A stretch of 64,000 nt of DNA from Thermodesulfobacteriota bacterium (GCA_965205855.1 OZ242184.1:1-64000), one strand, 5' to 3'; shown: positions 30,686-40,706, counted from the stretch's first letter. The notes: a model not told the origin generated them from the letters alone. Translations and numbers: made by a program.

Positions 30686-31168
30686 ATGAACGAAATCAAA
30701 CCAATCGCCCTGTGCTTGGCTTTATGCCTTTTGCTTACCTCGTGTCTCGCAACACCCTATCAAAAATTGGGATTTAGCGGTGGGTTTACCGAGACACAAC
30801 TTGCGCCCGATATTTTCCGTGTGAGATTTCAGGGAAACGCATTCACTTCAGGAGACCGCGCCCAAGAGTTTACTCTGTTAAGAGTATCGGAATTATGTTT
30901 TGATAATGGCTTTGCCCATTTCACCATTGGTGATGAGAGCAATCAAGTAGTTCGGCAGACGATTCAAACCGCTCCCGCAACTTCCCGCACAAGAAGTTCA
31001 AGTTATTCAAGCACAACAACCTATGAGCCTGCAAAGTTTCATAATTTCTTCAGACCGAACAGTTATATGCTGGTGCGTTGTTTCAAACAAAAGCCAAGCG
31101 ACAGATATACTTTTGATGCGGCCTTTCTAATAAGAAGTCTCAAGACCAAATACAAAATCAAGAATTAG
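30686..31168 (+). CDS. Lipoprotein, resembles the CC0125/CC1285-type family
   Basis: Lipobox LTSC followed by ATPYQK..GGFTETQL...FRVRFQGNAFTS...LLRVSEL; GAGGA RBS. Confidence 0.75.
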   Translation: MNEIKPIALCLALCLLLTSCLATPYQKLGFSGGFTETQLAPDIFRVRFQGNAFTSGDRAQEFTLLRVSELCFDNGFAHFTIGDESNQVVRQTIQTAPATSRTRSSSYSSTTTYEPAKFHNFFRPNSYMLVRCFKQKPSDRYTFDAAFLIRSLKTKYKIKN

Positions 31169-31308
31169 GCAAATTTGTAATGTTCTTGATATAAGGCAAT
31201 ACTTTCGGGGCTCGCTCCGCAAAGTATTTTTTCGCTTATCTGAGAAGCCAGGCTGTATTAAAAAACTTACGAAAATCTGGCAGATATTTGACAGAATACA
31301 GTCGCACT

Positions 31309-31896
31309 TCAAACAATCTCCCCCCACAACTCCCCAACCTTCTCCCGCAACACTTTCAAATTCTCCGAATTATCAATAGTAAAATCATAATCGGGATTAC
31401 GTCCCGCTTGCGACTTCAACCTTTTCCGCGCTTTCTCATCATCAAGCCCGTCTCTTTTCGCCATTCTTTCAATCTTTTTCTCATCGCTTGCGTCAACCAG
31501 AACAAGCGCGTCCACAATTTTACCCAAAACCCCGCCGCGCGAAAGCAAAGCCGCCTCTATCACAACCGCTTTTGCTCCCTCACTTTCCGCCTTTCTGACG
31601 CGAAATACTATCTCGTCCCGTATCTCAGGATGAGTTATGCCCTCAAGGATTTTTCTTTTTCCTTCGTCCGAAAAAACGGTTTCTCCAAGTTTCGCCCTGT
31701 CTATTTTCCCCTCGGAATCAAGCACGCCGCTACCGAACCGCTCAACTATCCGCTCAAAAGCGGGCTTTCCGGGAATGGTAACAAAACGCGAAACCTCGTC
31801 CGCATCTATCAACTTCGCGCCGAGTTTGGCAAACATCCCGGCAACCGTGGACTTGCCCGAACACACATTGCCGCAAAGCCCTATTACTATTGCCAC
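31309..31896 (-). CDS. coaE: Dephospho-CoA kinase
   Basis: IGLCGNVCSGKSTV, IDAD, LEGITHPEI. Confidence 0.93.
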   Translation of the reverse strand: MAIVIGLCGNVCSGKSTVAGMFAKLGAKLIDADEVSRFVTIPGKPAFERIVERFGSGVLDSEGKIDRAKLGETVFSDEGKRKILEGITHPEIRDEIVFRVRKAESEGAKAVVIEAALLSRGGVLGKIVDALVLVDASDEKKIERMAKRDGLDDEKARKRLKSQAGRNPDYDFTIDNSENLKVLREKVGELWGEIV

Positions 31897-31899
31897 CGC

Positions 31900-33312
31900 T
31901 CACTCCCCGCTTTTTGCAAACGCAATCGCTTTTTCAATCCTCAAAATGGTTTTTCCCCTTCCAAGCGCGGCGGCAACCTCGATAATTCCGGGGCTTTCGG
32001 TCTTTCCCGTAAGCGCGACCCTGAGCGGCTGTGCCATCTGTTTCATCTTTATCCCCGTCTCTTCGGTAATCGCGGAAAATACCGCTTTCAAACCGTCCAT
32101 ATTAAAATCCCGGTCTTCCATTCCGGCAAACTTGGAATGTAAGGTTTGCAACGCTTCAAGAGTTTTACCGTTTATAAATTTGTCCTTTGCCTCGCTGTCA
32201 AACTCCACTTCATCACGGAACAGAAAAACGCTTTTCTCCGCCATCTTAATAACAGTTTCCGCTCTTTCCCTGAAAAGATGATACGCCTTTTCCGCATCCT
32301 CTGCGGAAACATCAAAGCCCAGGCCGGAAAGGGTTGCGCGCAGCGGGGTTGCGACATCGCTTTTTCCTTCGCGTATATGAATGGCATTGACCCAGTGCAT
32401 TTTTTTCTCGTCAAAATTGGACGGCGAGGTTCCAAGTCCTTTTATGTCAAACTTCTTAATCAGTTCGGGTATTGTAAAAATTTCCTCATCCCCGCAAGAC
32501 CAGCCGAGACGCGCGATATAGTTTGCGACACCAGAAGGAAGAAAACCCTGCCCGCGCAAGCCGGATACCGAAGCCGCCGCACCGTGCCGTTTGCTCAGTT
32601 TTGAGCCGTCCGGCGCGAGGATAACGGGAAGATGAACAAAAGCGGGAATGGAAAAACCGAGTGCTTTCAAAACTAAAATCTGTTTCGGCGTATTAACCAA
32701 ATGCTCATCGCCTCTTATCACATGTGTTATTCCGGTAAGCGCGTCATCAATCGCCGAGGCAAAATTGTAAGTCGGCACGCCGTCAGAGCGGACGATGACA
32801 AAATCCTCTATGTCGCTTGTGGAGAATCCCATGTTCCCGTGAAGCAGATCGGTGAAAACAACCTCGCCAGAATCATCCTGGGATACGGCAAAACGCAATG
32901 CAAAAGGGGCTTCGTCTCTCTTCCCGCGCTCCGCCCATTCTCTTTTATAGTGGAAATGCCCAGCTTCGTTTTTGGCTTTTTTCTTCTCGCCCTCAAGGTC
33001 TTCGGGCGTCATATAACACTTGAACGCAGACCCGGCTTTCAGAAGTTTTTTCGCATATTCACTGTAAATACCCAAGCGGTCAGACTGGCGTAAAGTCTTA
33101 TTTTCATCCCAGTCAATTCCAATCCACCGCAGAGACTCCTTAATTTCCAGAAGCGATTCCCCGGTTGACCGCTCCACGTCCGTGTCTTCAATGCGCAGGA
33201 CAAACTCGCCGTTGTTACGGCGCGCGAAAAGCCAGCTGAAAAGCGCGGTTCGCGCCCCGCCGATGTGAAGCAATCCGGTCGGAGACGGAGCAAACCTTGT
33301 TCTGACTTTCAC
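31900..33312 (-). CDS. gltX: Glutamate--tRNA ligase
   Basis: RFAPSPTGLLHIGG (HIGH) and KLSKR (KMSKS) motifs. Confidence 0.96.
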   Translation of the reverse strand: MKVRTRFAPSPTGLLHIGGARTALFSWLFARRNNGEFVLRIEDTDVERSTGESLLEIKESLRWIGIDWDENKTLRQSDRLGIYSEYAKKLLKAGSAFKCYMTPEDLEGEKKKAKNEAGHFHYKREWAERGKRDEAPFALRFAVSQDDSGEVVFTDLLHGNMGFSTSDIEDFVIVRSDGVPTYNFASAIDDALTGITHVIRGDEHLVNTPKQILVLKALGFSIPAFVHLPVILAPDGSKLSKRHGAAASVSGLRGQGFLPSGVANYIARLGWSCGDEEIFTIPELIKKFDIKGLGTSPSNFDEKKMHWVNAIHIREGKSDVATPLRATLSGLGFDVSAEDAEKAYHLFRERAETVIKMAEKSVFLFRDEVEFDSEAKDKFINGKTLEALQTLHSKFAGMEDRDFNMDGLKAVFSAITEETGIKMKQMAQPLRVALTGKTESPGIIEVAAALGRGKTILRIEKAIAFAKSGE

Positions 33313-33563
33313 TTGGAGCCGTCAAGACCGCCCAAACGGGCGAGTTCCTGCAACTCGTTGAAACCTCCGACAAATTCATCGTCTTTCAGAATAAGCGGAA
33401 CGGTTCTCCAGTTGAATTTTTCCATAAGCCTGGCCCTCTCCTCGGGGTTTTGTGTGAGGTCTATCTCCTCAAATTTTATCCCCTTGCTGGCAAGCAGCGC
33501 TTTGGAAGCTTTGCAGTAAGGGCAGGTTGTTGTTGTGTAAATTTTGAATACGGGGTTGGCCAT
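33309..33563 (-). CDS. grxC: Glutaredoxin 3-like
   Basis: CPYC, TVP and GG motifs. Confidence 0.88.
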   Translation of the reverse strand: MANPVFKIYTTTTCPYCKASKALLASKGIKFEEIDLTQNPEERARLMEKFNWRTVPLILKDDEFVGGFNELQELARLGGLDGSK

Positions 33564-33677
33564 TGTTCACTCTCCAAATCGGATAGAATCAATATACTTG
33601 GCTTTGCGCAAGCGCGAAAGTATGTTTTATCCGTTTGTGCAGATTTAAGCCGCGGACAAAATCAGAGGAAATTCAAA

Positions 33678-34802
33678 TTGGACTCAAAACAGTTAAACAA
33701 ACTCTCGCCGCCGGAGCGTATTCTCATGGGACCCGGCCCCAGCAATGTGAGCAAAGCGGTCTATGACGCGCTCGCAACGCCAATCATCGGACATCTCGAT
33801 CCCGATTTTCTTACGACTATGGACGAAATCGGTAATATGCTGCGGGCTGTATTTCAGACAACAAACAAACTTACAATCCCGATGTCCGGCACGGGAAGTT
33901 CAGGAATGGAAACCTCTTTTGTAAATGTTATTGACCCCGGAGACACGGTTGTAGTAGGGGTGAACGGCGTTTTCGGCGAAAGAATGTGCGATGTCGCGTC
34001 CCGTTGCGGCGCTAGGGCTGTTCGCGTTGATGCGGAGTGGGGAGACATAATAGAGCCGGACGTTTTCATCTCCGCGCTCAAAAAACACCCCGAAGCGAAA
34101 TCGGCGGCGATTGTTCATGCGGAAACCTCAACCGGAGCCCGCCAGCCGCTTGAAGAGATAGGAAAGTATATAGCGGGAACGGACACGCTTTTTGTTGTGG
34201 ACGCGGTAACATCTCTTGCTGGATGCGACTTGAAGGTGGACGACTGGGGAGTGGATATCTGCTACAGCGGAACACAGAAATGTTTGAGCGTTCCACCGGG
34301 AATATCGCCCGTAACTTTCAGCGAAAAGGCACAAAACGCGCTTGTTGCCAAGAAAAACAAGGTTCAGAGTTGGTATATGGACCTCTCAATGATTTGTAAA
34401 TACTGGGGCAGCGAGAGGGTTTATCACCATACCGCTCCCGTATCAATGCTTTTCGCGCTGAGAGAGGGCTTGCGCGTTATTCTCGATGAAGGACTCGCGG
34501 AACGGTTTGAGCGGCATGAAAAAACGGGAAACCTGCTTTGCGAAAAACTCGCCTGTCTCGGTTTTACGCCTTTTGCGCGCGAGGGGTACCGGCTTCCGAT
34601 GCTTGCCTCGGTTTTACTCCCCAAAGGACTGCCCGACGCCGAAACAAGACGGACGCTTTTGAACGACCACGGAATTGAAGTGGGTCCGGGGCTTGGAGAG
34701 ACAAAAGGTAAAATCTGGAGAATAGGGCTTATGGGGGAAAGTTGCACATTGGAAAATGTGGAGTTGATAACGAACGCGCTCTCAAATGTTACGGTGGGCT
34801 GA
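33678..34802 (+). CDS. Alanine-glyoxylate/serine-pyruvate aminotransferase (class V PLP)
   Basis: LMGPGPSNV, HAETSTG, VDAVTS, SGTQKCL; TTG start after GAGG. Confidence 0.9.
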   Translation: MDSKQLNKLSPPERILMGPGPSNVSKAVYDALATPIIGHLDPDFLTTMDEIGNMLRAVFQTTNKLTIPMSGTGSSGMETSFVNVIDPGDTVVVGVNGVFGERMCDVASRCGARAVRVDAEWGDIIEPDVFISALKKHPEAKSAAIVHAETSTGARQPLEEIGKYIAGTDTLFVVDAVTSLAGCDLKVDDWGVDICYSGTQKCLSVPPGISPVTFSEKAQNALVAKKNKVQSWYMDLSMICKYWGSERVYHHTAPVSMLFALREGLRVILDEGLAERFERHEKTGNLLCEKLACLGFTPFAREGYRLPMLASVLLPKGLPDAETRRTLLNDHGIEVGPGLGETKGKIWRIGLMGESCTLENVELITNALSNVTVG

Positions 34803-34816
34803 GCGATTTGCTCAGG

Positions 34817-34844
34817 TTGACTTGTTTGGAGCTTTTGTTATAAT
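34817..34844 (+). promoter_or_regulatory. Sigma70 promoter of rplM-rpsI
   Basis: TTGACT-N16-TATAAT. Confidence 0.65.
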
Positions 34845-34863
34845 GGCAATCCCGTAATTCTCT

Positions 34864-35292
34864 ATGAAAACATACGTTGAAAAAGCGAATATCCGTTCAA
34901 GGCGGTGGCAGATTGTTGACGCGGACGGGAAAACCCTCGGACGCCTTGCGACAAGGCTTGCCACGATTCTGCGCGGCAAAAACAAGCCTGAGTTCACACC
35001 CCATGCGGACACGGGAGACTTTGTTGTTGTTGTCAATGCGGCAAAGGTTCATATGACCGGAAAAAAAGGCGAAAACAAGATGTACTACCGCCACAGTGGA
35101 TATCCGGGCGGGCTGAAATCTGTATCGGCACAAACTCTGTCTGTCGCGAAGCCGGAGGAGATTTTGAGAAAAGCGGTGTGGGGAATGCTGCCGAAAAACA
35201 AGTCGCAGAAAAAGCTGATAAAAAGACTTAAAGTTTATGCGGGAGAATCTCATCCTCATGCGGCGCAGAATCCGAAAGCCGCGGAGCTGTAG
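34864..35292 (+). CDS. rplM: 50S ribosomal protein L13
   Basis: [27 protein letters not shown]. Confidence 0.97.
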   Translation: MKTYVEKANIRSRRWQIVDADGKTLGRLATRLATILRGKNKPEFTPHADTGDFVVVVNAAKVHMTGKKGENKMYYRHSGYPGGLKSVSAQTLSVAKPEEILRKAVWGMLPKNKSQKKLIKRLKVYAGESHPHAAQNPKAAEL

Positions 35293-35312
35293 GTTCTAAA
35301 AAGAGACAAAAC

Positions 35313-35714
35313 ATGGCTACGGGTCAAAAAAACATTTTCAACGGAACGGGCAGGAGAAAAAACTCCGTTGCTTCGGTATGGCTAAAGCCCGGTTCGGGAA
35401 AAATCACCATCAACAAAAGGGATATGAAACAGTATTTTCCCCGTGAGACATGGCAGATAAAAGTAAATGAACCTCTTGTGATAACAGGTTCACTCGGTCA
35501 GTTTGATGTGTATGTCAACGTGAGAGGCGGAGGATTGACTGGACAGTCCGGCTCAATAAGTCACGGGCTTTCCAGAGCTCTTTTGAAATACGATGAGACT
35601 TTAAGGAAGAAACTGAAGTCCGCGGGTCTTTTAAGACGCGACTCGCGCATGGTGGAAAGCAAAAAATACGGCCGCAAAAAGGCACGTCGCGGACAGCAGT
35701 TCTCAAAGAGGTAA
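35313..35714 (+). CDS. rpsI: 30S ribosomal protein S9
   Basis: [25 protein letters not shown]. Confidence 0.97.
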   Translation: MATGQKNIFNGTGRRKNSVASVWLKPGSGKITINKRDMKQYFPRETWQIKVNEPLVITGSLGQFDVYVNVRGGGLTGQSGSISHGLSRALLKYDETLRKKLKSAGLLRRDSRMVESKKYGRKKARRGQQFSKR

Positions 35715-35719
35715 CCTAT

Positions 35720-37075
35720 TTGCCCTCTAAACCGCCCTCCAAAAAGCCACGCAGGAAGAGCAAAGGCATAAATATCGCCTCTCCCGAAGGGAAGCTCGGT
35801 GTTCTTATTCCCGGCATAGGCGGAGCCGTAAGCACAACATTCATAGTCGGTGTCGAGTCGGTTAACAAGGGTGTCGGAGAACCTATAGGCTCCCTGACTC
35901 AGATGGGAACCATACGATTGGGCAAACGCACAGAGGGCAAAAGTCCGAAAATCAAAGAGCTTTTCCCTCTCGCCAATTGCAAAAACCTTGTCTTCGGAGG
36001 CTGGGATATTTTCCCCGAAAACTGCAATAAGGCAGCTATCAAGGCGGGTGTACTTAATCCTTCAACCCTTACGGAAGTGGAGAAAGAGACTAGTCTGATA
36101 AGCCCGATGAAGGCGGTTTTTAACAAGCAATATGTGAAAAACCTCTCCGGTAGCCATATAAAAAAAGGCAAAACAAAAATGGATCTTGCCAGACAGCTGA
36201 TTGAAGACATCGCAAGATTCAAAAAGGAAAACGGACTCAAGCGCGCCGTTATGGTCTGGTGCGGGAGCACTGAAACATACATTCAACCGAAAGCGGTTCA
36301 CTCTACCGTGGCAAAGTTTGAGCAGGGGTTGAAGAAAAATGACCCGGCAATAGCTCCGAGCATGATATACGCTTATGCTGCCATAAAATCGGGCGTTCCC
36401 TACGCAAACGGGGCTCCAAACCTGTCCGCCGATATTCCCGCTCTCACGGACCTTGCAAAGAAACACAAAGTTCCGATTTGCGGAAAAGACTTCAAAACCG
36501 GACAGACTCTTATGAAAACCATTCTGGCTCCGGGATTAAAGGCGAGAATGCTGGGCTTGAACGGCTGGTTTTCAACAAACATACTCGGCAACAGAGACGG
36601 CGAGGTGCTTGACGACCCCGGCTCATTCAAAACAAAAGAGGAAAGCAAATTAAGCGTGCTTGAATACATACTCCAGCCGGAACTTCACTCCGAGCTTTAC
36701 TCGGACTACTATCACAAGGTGAGAATAAACTACTACCCGCCGCGCGGAGATGAAAAAGAGGCGTGGGACAACATAGACATATTCGGTTGGTTGGGCTATC
36801 CAATGCAGATAAAGATAAACTTCCTGTGTCGCGACAGCATTCTCGCCGCGCCGGTTGTGCTTGACCTTGTGCTGTTTCTTGACCTCGCCAAACGGGCGGG
36901 AATGAGCGGAATACAGGAGTGGCTTTCCTTTTACTTCAAAAGCCCTATGGTTGGAGAGGGATTATATCCCGAACACGATTTATTCATCCAGCTGACCAAG
37001 TTGAAAAACACCCTGCGCCATATCGCGGGCGAAGAGCAAATCACCCATCTTGGGCTTGAATACTACGAGAAATAG
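35720..37075 (+). CDS. ino1: myo-inositol-1-phosphate synthase
   Basis: FGGWDI, GKDFKTGQT, NILGNRDG and CRDSILAAP conserved MIPS blocks. Confidence 0.92.
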   Translation: MPSKPPSKKPRRKSKGINIASPEGKLGVLIPGIGGAVSTTFIVGVESVNKGVGEPIGSLTQMGTIRLGKRTEGKSPKIKELFPLANCKNLVFGGWDIFPENCNKAAIKAGVLNPSTLTEVEKETSLISPMKAVFNKQYVKNLSGSHIKKGKTKMDLARQLIEDIARFKKENGLKRAVMVWCGSTETYIQPKAVHSTVAKFEQGLKKNDPAIAPSMIYAYAAIKSGVPYANGAPNLSADIPALTDLAKKHKVPICGKDFKTGQTLMKTILAPGLKARMLGLNGWFSTNILGNRDGEVLDDPGSFKTKEESKLSVLEYILQPELHSELYSDYYHKVRINYYPPRGDEKEAWDNIDIFGWLGYPMQIKINFLCRDSILAAPVVLDLVLFLDLAKRAGMSGIQEWLSFYFKSPMVGEGLYPEHDLFIQLTKLKNTLRHIAGEEQITHLGLEYYEK

Positions 37076-37139
37076 TTAGAGATACCCGGAAACGTCAAGA
37101 GGTAGGAGACTGAACAAACGCTTCCGGGGTTCTCACAAA

Positions 37140-37775
37140 TTAAAATCTGACTTCCAATTTCGGGCCGATACTCAGTCCCCAAATATCGTCAATACTGTTG
37201 TCATTTGTCCACAGCGAATAAACAAACTGTCCGTCAATACCTATTGTTGCTCTCTCGGAAACTGAAAAACCAAATCCCAATTTTCCGACAAATGGTATGG
37301 ATGTTGTGGCACTGATTTTATCTCCGACATCGTAGAAATTTACTCCGGTTCCCACTCCAAGGTTGAACTCTACCGAACCGTTTCCGGCTTTCAGAACCAA
37401 AAGGGCTGGAAGCAGAATATGGTTTAAAGTTTCTCCGTCCACAGTAACCATTACATTAGCCCCTCCGCTTGTACCCGTGACATCAAATTTGCTTGAACTA
37501 ACTGTCCATCTTGGTTCAAATTCCAGGGCAAAACTGCTTTCTCCGAGAAAAACTCCGAGTTTGGGAGCCAGATAAAAACCGTTTTCTTTTACTTCTACAT
37601 TCGTCACGGTAACGCTACCGATTGTCAAGGAACCTTTGGAATCCAATTTTTGATAGGCATACCCCGAACTTAAACCAAAATAAGCTTTTGGCGAACCTGT
37701 CTGAGCCTTTGAAATACAAAACGGAAAACCCGTCAAAAACAATACAGAAACAGCGAGAATTAAAGATTTTCTCAT
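37140..37775 (-). CDS. Outer-membrane beta-barrel protein (8-stranded, OmpW/OmpA-like)
   Basis: Signal peptide, amphipathic strands, C-terminal LEVRF. Confidence 0.8.
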   Translation of the reverse strand: MRKSLILAVSVLFLTGFPFCISKAQTGSPKAYFGLSSGYAYQKLDSKGSLTIGSVTVTNVEVKENGFYLAPKLGVFLGESSFALEFEPRWTVSSSKFDVTGTSGGANVMVTVDGETLNHILLPALLVLKAGNGSVEFNLGVGTGVNFYDVGDKISATTSIPFVGKLGFGFSVSERATIGIDGQFVYSLWTNDNSIDDIWGLSIGPKLEVRF

Positions 37776-37812
37776 TTGAAACCTCCGTTAATTTAGACTT
37801 GCACAGCTTTAA

Positions 37813-37952
37813 GGCGCCGGGCCTTGTCCACACCAAACGAAGGTTTGAAATGTTCCCGCCTATTCCCCAACGGAAGGGATCAAGCTCCCGCTTAGTCAGG
37901 TTTTCTATTTAGCAGGAGACCCGACAAAGGGTCTCCTTCGTTCAATGTGGAC
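37813..37952 (-). ncRNA. Structured leader element, copy B
   Basis: Minus strand: GUCCACAUUGAACGAAGG / CCUUCGUUUGGUGUGGAC terminal stem (3 G-U pairs), core ACCCUUUGUCGGGUCUCCUGCUAAAUA, tail AAGGCCCGGCGCC; promoter TTGACT-N18-TATAAT at 37988-37959. Confidence 0.75.
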
Positions 37953-38043
37953 GTTGCAATTATAAGGTAAGAAAACCGGATAAGTCAATTAAAAAAAAAG
38001 GTTTTTCCATTTTCATCCGGCTGACGGGCGAAGAATATCTAAG

Positions 38044-39285
38044 TTAATTCCGCATAAAACTGTAAAGATGTCCTCCGATTTCGGAGTTTTTCAGTTTGTT
38101 CAGAGAGTGCTTCTCAATCTGCCTGATGCGTTCGCGCGTCAGGTCAAACATCTTGCCGATTTCGTCAAGTGTAAATGTTCCCGAATGGTCTATGCCGAAA
38201 CGCAGTTTGATTATCTTCTCTTCCCTTTCGTTGAGATGGAGTTTCAACGCCTCGCGCAGTTTTTCCGAAAGGTCGTTTTTTGCCATAAGAGAGTCCGGAA
38301 CCAACTCCTCCTGATCCGGAACGGAATCAAGCAAAGTGGCGTTCTTGCCCTCAAGAATAGGTGTGTCAAGACTTATGGCGTCGTTTGTTGAGTTCAAAAT
38401 CCTTTTCACAACCTCAATGGTTATTCCAGATTCCTCGGATATCTGTTTCGGAGTCGGCTTTCTGTCCAGTTTTTTGGAAAGTTTGGCAACCGTTTTATAT
38501 ACGCGATTCGCCTGCTCAAGCAGATAAACCGGTACCTTAATTGTTCTGGTCTGCCCCTGAAGCGCCCTGAGTATGGCCTGATGTATCCACCATGAGGCAT
38601 ATGTTGAAAACTTGTATCCCTTTGTGTGGTCAAACCTCTCGACCGCTCTCATAAGTCCGAGATTGCCTTCCTGAATCAAGTCGGGCAGGGGAAGTCCCCT
38701 GTTTGTGTATCTCCTTGATATTGTTATCACAAGCCTCAGGTTGGCTTTGACAAATTTCTGTTTCATCCTCTGCGCCTTTTTTTTCTGGGCAATTCGCGCC
38801 AGCTTCCAGAGAACTTCTATTCTTTTGTTATATTCGGTCTTTTTCGCGGAACTTCTCGACATTTTCGTCTTTTTGACAAGCCGTTCAATTTTTGTAAAAT
38901 TTTTGTATGTTTTGTCCTTTTTTCTGTAGCTCCAGTCAGTATCTTCCGCGACCGCTTCGTATTTTTTTATCTTGGACGATATCTCAACTTCCTGCTTCGC
39001 TGTGAAAAGATCCTCCGAAGACATGTCCTTGAAATAAACATAAAGAAGGCGCATATGCTCATCTGGGCTGAAATCAGCCTTCTTTTTCTTTGTTTTTAAG
39101 GCTTCAAGAAAAACCTGGGCCGGAGGAGGTTCGGGAAAGTCATCGTCCGGAGAATTAGCGGTTCCCCCTATTTTCCCAAATTTGACTTCACTGTCCTCAT
39201 CCTCAGCAACGGACGATGCCTCAGATTCCAAGCTCCGGGAGTCATTTTTCATGTTTATCTTAAGTTTTTTTTCCTTATCTGACAT
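38044..39285 (-). CDS. Sigma70-family RNA polymerase sigma factor (RpoD/RpoS-like, lacking a typical region 1.1)
   Basis: NLRLV, DLIQEGNLGLMRAVERFD, FSTYASWWI, TLDEIG..TRERIRQIE. Confidence 0.9.
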   Translation of the reverse strand: MSDKEKKLKINMKNDSRSLESEASSVAEDEDSEVKFGKIGGTANSPDDDFPEPPPAQVFLEALKTKKKKADFSPDEHMRLLYVYFKDMSSEDLFTAKQEVEISSKIKKYEAVAEDTDWSYRKKDKTYKNFTKIERLVKKTKMSRSSAKKTEYNKRIEVLWKLARIAQKKKAQRMKQKFVKANLRLVITISRRYTNRGLPLPDLIQEGNLGLMRAVERFDHTKGYKFSTYASWWIHQAILRALQGQTRTIKVPVYLLEQANRVYKTVAKLSKKLDRKPTPKQISEESGITIEVVKRILNSTNDAISLDTPILEGKNATLLDSVPDQEELVPDSLMAKNDLSEKLREALKLHLNEREEKIIKLRFGIDHSGTFTLDEIGKMFDLTRERIRQIEKHSLNKLKNSEIGGHLYSFMRN

Positions 39286-39335
39286 AGTTGCAAAAACTCC
39301 GCAAAGAAAACCGCGAAATACGCTATTTATAAAAA

Positions 39336-39941
39336 TCAGGCGGCGGAGAGATTCTTCTCAACCTGCTTCCAGTTGACAACATTCCACCACGATTTGATAT
39401 AGTCGGGACGCCTGTTTTGGTAGTTCAGATAGTAGGCATGCTCCCACACATCAACCCCCAGAATCGGGGTCAAACCTTCCGAAACGGGGTTATCCTGATT
39501 TGGAGTGGAAGTAACCACGAGCTTGCCAGAATCAACGCAAAGCCATGCCCAACCGCTTCCGAAACGGGTTGCCCCCGCTTTTGAAAACTCGTCTTTGAAC
39601 GAGTCGAAACTTCCGAAAGTCTTGTCTATCTCCATTGAAAGGTCTCCCGACGGAGAACCACCTCCGTTGTCAGACATGCAGTTCCAGAAAAACGTGTGAT
39701 TCAAATGTCCACCACCGTTGTTCCTCACCGCCACTCTTATGTCTTCGGGCAGGGAATCCAGACCTTTCACAAGATCATGCGCGCTTTTTTCAAAAAGTTC
39801 GGGATGCTTTGCCAGTGCGGCGTTCAAATTCGTAACATATGCGTTGTGATGCTTGGAGTGATGTATTTCCATTGTCTTTGCGTCAATGTGCGGCTCCAAA
39901 GCGTCATAGCCGTAAGGCAGTTCGGGTAAAACATACGCCAT
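39336..39941 (-). CDS. sodA: Superoxide dismutase (Mn-type signature)
   Basis: [23 protein letters not shown]. Confidence 0.93.
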   Translation of the reverse strand: MAYVLPELPYGYDALEPHIDAKTMEIHHSKHHNAYVTNLNAALAKHPELFEKSAHDLVKGLDSLPEDIRVAVRNNGGGHLNHTFFWNCMSDNGGGSPSGDLSMEIDKTFGSFDSFKDEFSKAGATRFGSGWAWLCVDSGKLVVTSTPNQDNPVSEGLTPILGVDVWEHAYYLNYQNRRPDYIKSWWNVVNWKQVEKNLSAA

Positions 39942-40196
39942 TATTCTATCTCCTTGTTATTAATATAAAAATTCGGTTTATTGCCTCTCACCAAATAGGC
40001 ATTCTATCACAAAAAATTTTAATAAGAAACAGAAAAAAAGGGGACTTATACAAAGTTACCCACTGACTTCATAATTGAACCGCTTGGGGTCGTGCCAAAA
40101 CCAACCTATACAAGAACCGTGATAAATGCCATTTCCCTTGATTTGTTCGACATTTTGACCTTGACAGGGCAGCCACCCCTGTATATTTTGATCTTC

Positions 40197-40307
40197 GGCA
40201 CTTACTCACAGATACCCGCTTGTCGGGTCTCTGATAAATAGAAAACTCTGCTTACAGAGGAATAATCAGGCTTCTCAATCTGTTGGGTAAGTGCCAAGAC
40301 CCGGCGC
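40197..40307 (+). ncRNA. Structured leader element, copy C
   Basis: GGCACTTACTCACAGAT / ATCTGTTGGGTAAGTGCC terminal stem, core ACCCGCTTGTCGGGTCTCTGATAAATA, tail AAGACCCGGCGC; promoter TTGACA-N17-TATTTT at 40161-40189. Confidence 0.75.
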
Positions 40308-40337
40308 TTTGCGCCCAACCATGAGGAGGTGGTAATT

Positions 40338-40706
40338 ATGGTCAAAAATGTAAAAGAAGTGGGGACGAAGATTGTAATTTGTTTGCTAATTGTTTGTGTG
40401 GTAACAAGTTGCGGCAGGATAGCATCACCTGTCAGTTCTACAATACTGGGAGATAAGGTGCTACCCTGCGAGACTATCAGTTTAGAGATAGCCGATAATA
40501 ACAAAGCTATCAGTGAATTAAGGGGTGAGGTAAAAGGTAGAAGGGCGAAGAATATCATTCTCGGCATTACTGGCTTTTTCTTGATTGTTCCGCTTTTCTT
40601 TATGGACTTTGGAAGCGCGGCGGAGACGGAAATCATTGCTTTCCAAAAACGCAATAGCGCGTTGAAGCGTCTTGCGGGTTCAAGGGACTGCGAAGCAACT
40701 TATTGA
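40338..40706 (+). CDS. Small lipoprotein, hypothetical
   Basis: Lipobox VTSC, internal hydrophobic segment, two further Cys; GAGGAGG RBS. Confidence 0.72.
   Translation: MVKNVKEVGTKIVICLLIVCVVTSCGRIASPVSSTILGDKVLPCETISLEIADNNKAISELRGEVKGRRAKNIILGITGFFLIVPLFFMDFGSAAETEIIAFQKRNSALKRLAGSRDCEATY

Noticed and set aside
37860-37935. Pistol-ribozyme-like words (UAAAUAG...UAAGCG) in leader copy B
   Set aside because: The pistol P2/P3 layout is not present and the UAAGCG placement is not conserved in the other copies. HDV-like and c-di-GMP-I consensus also do not fit by eye.
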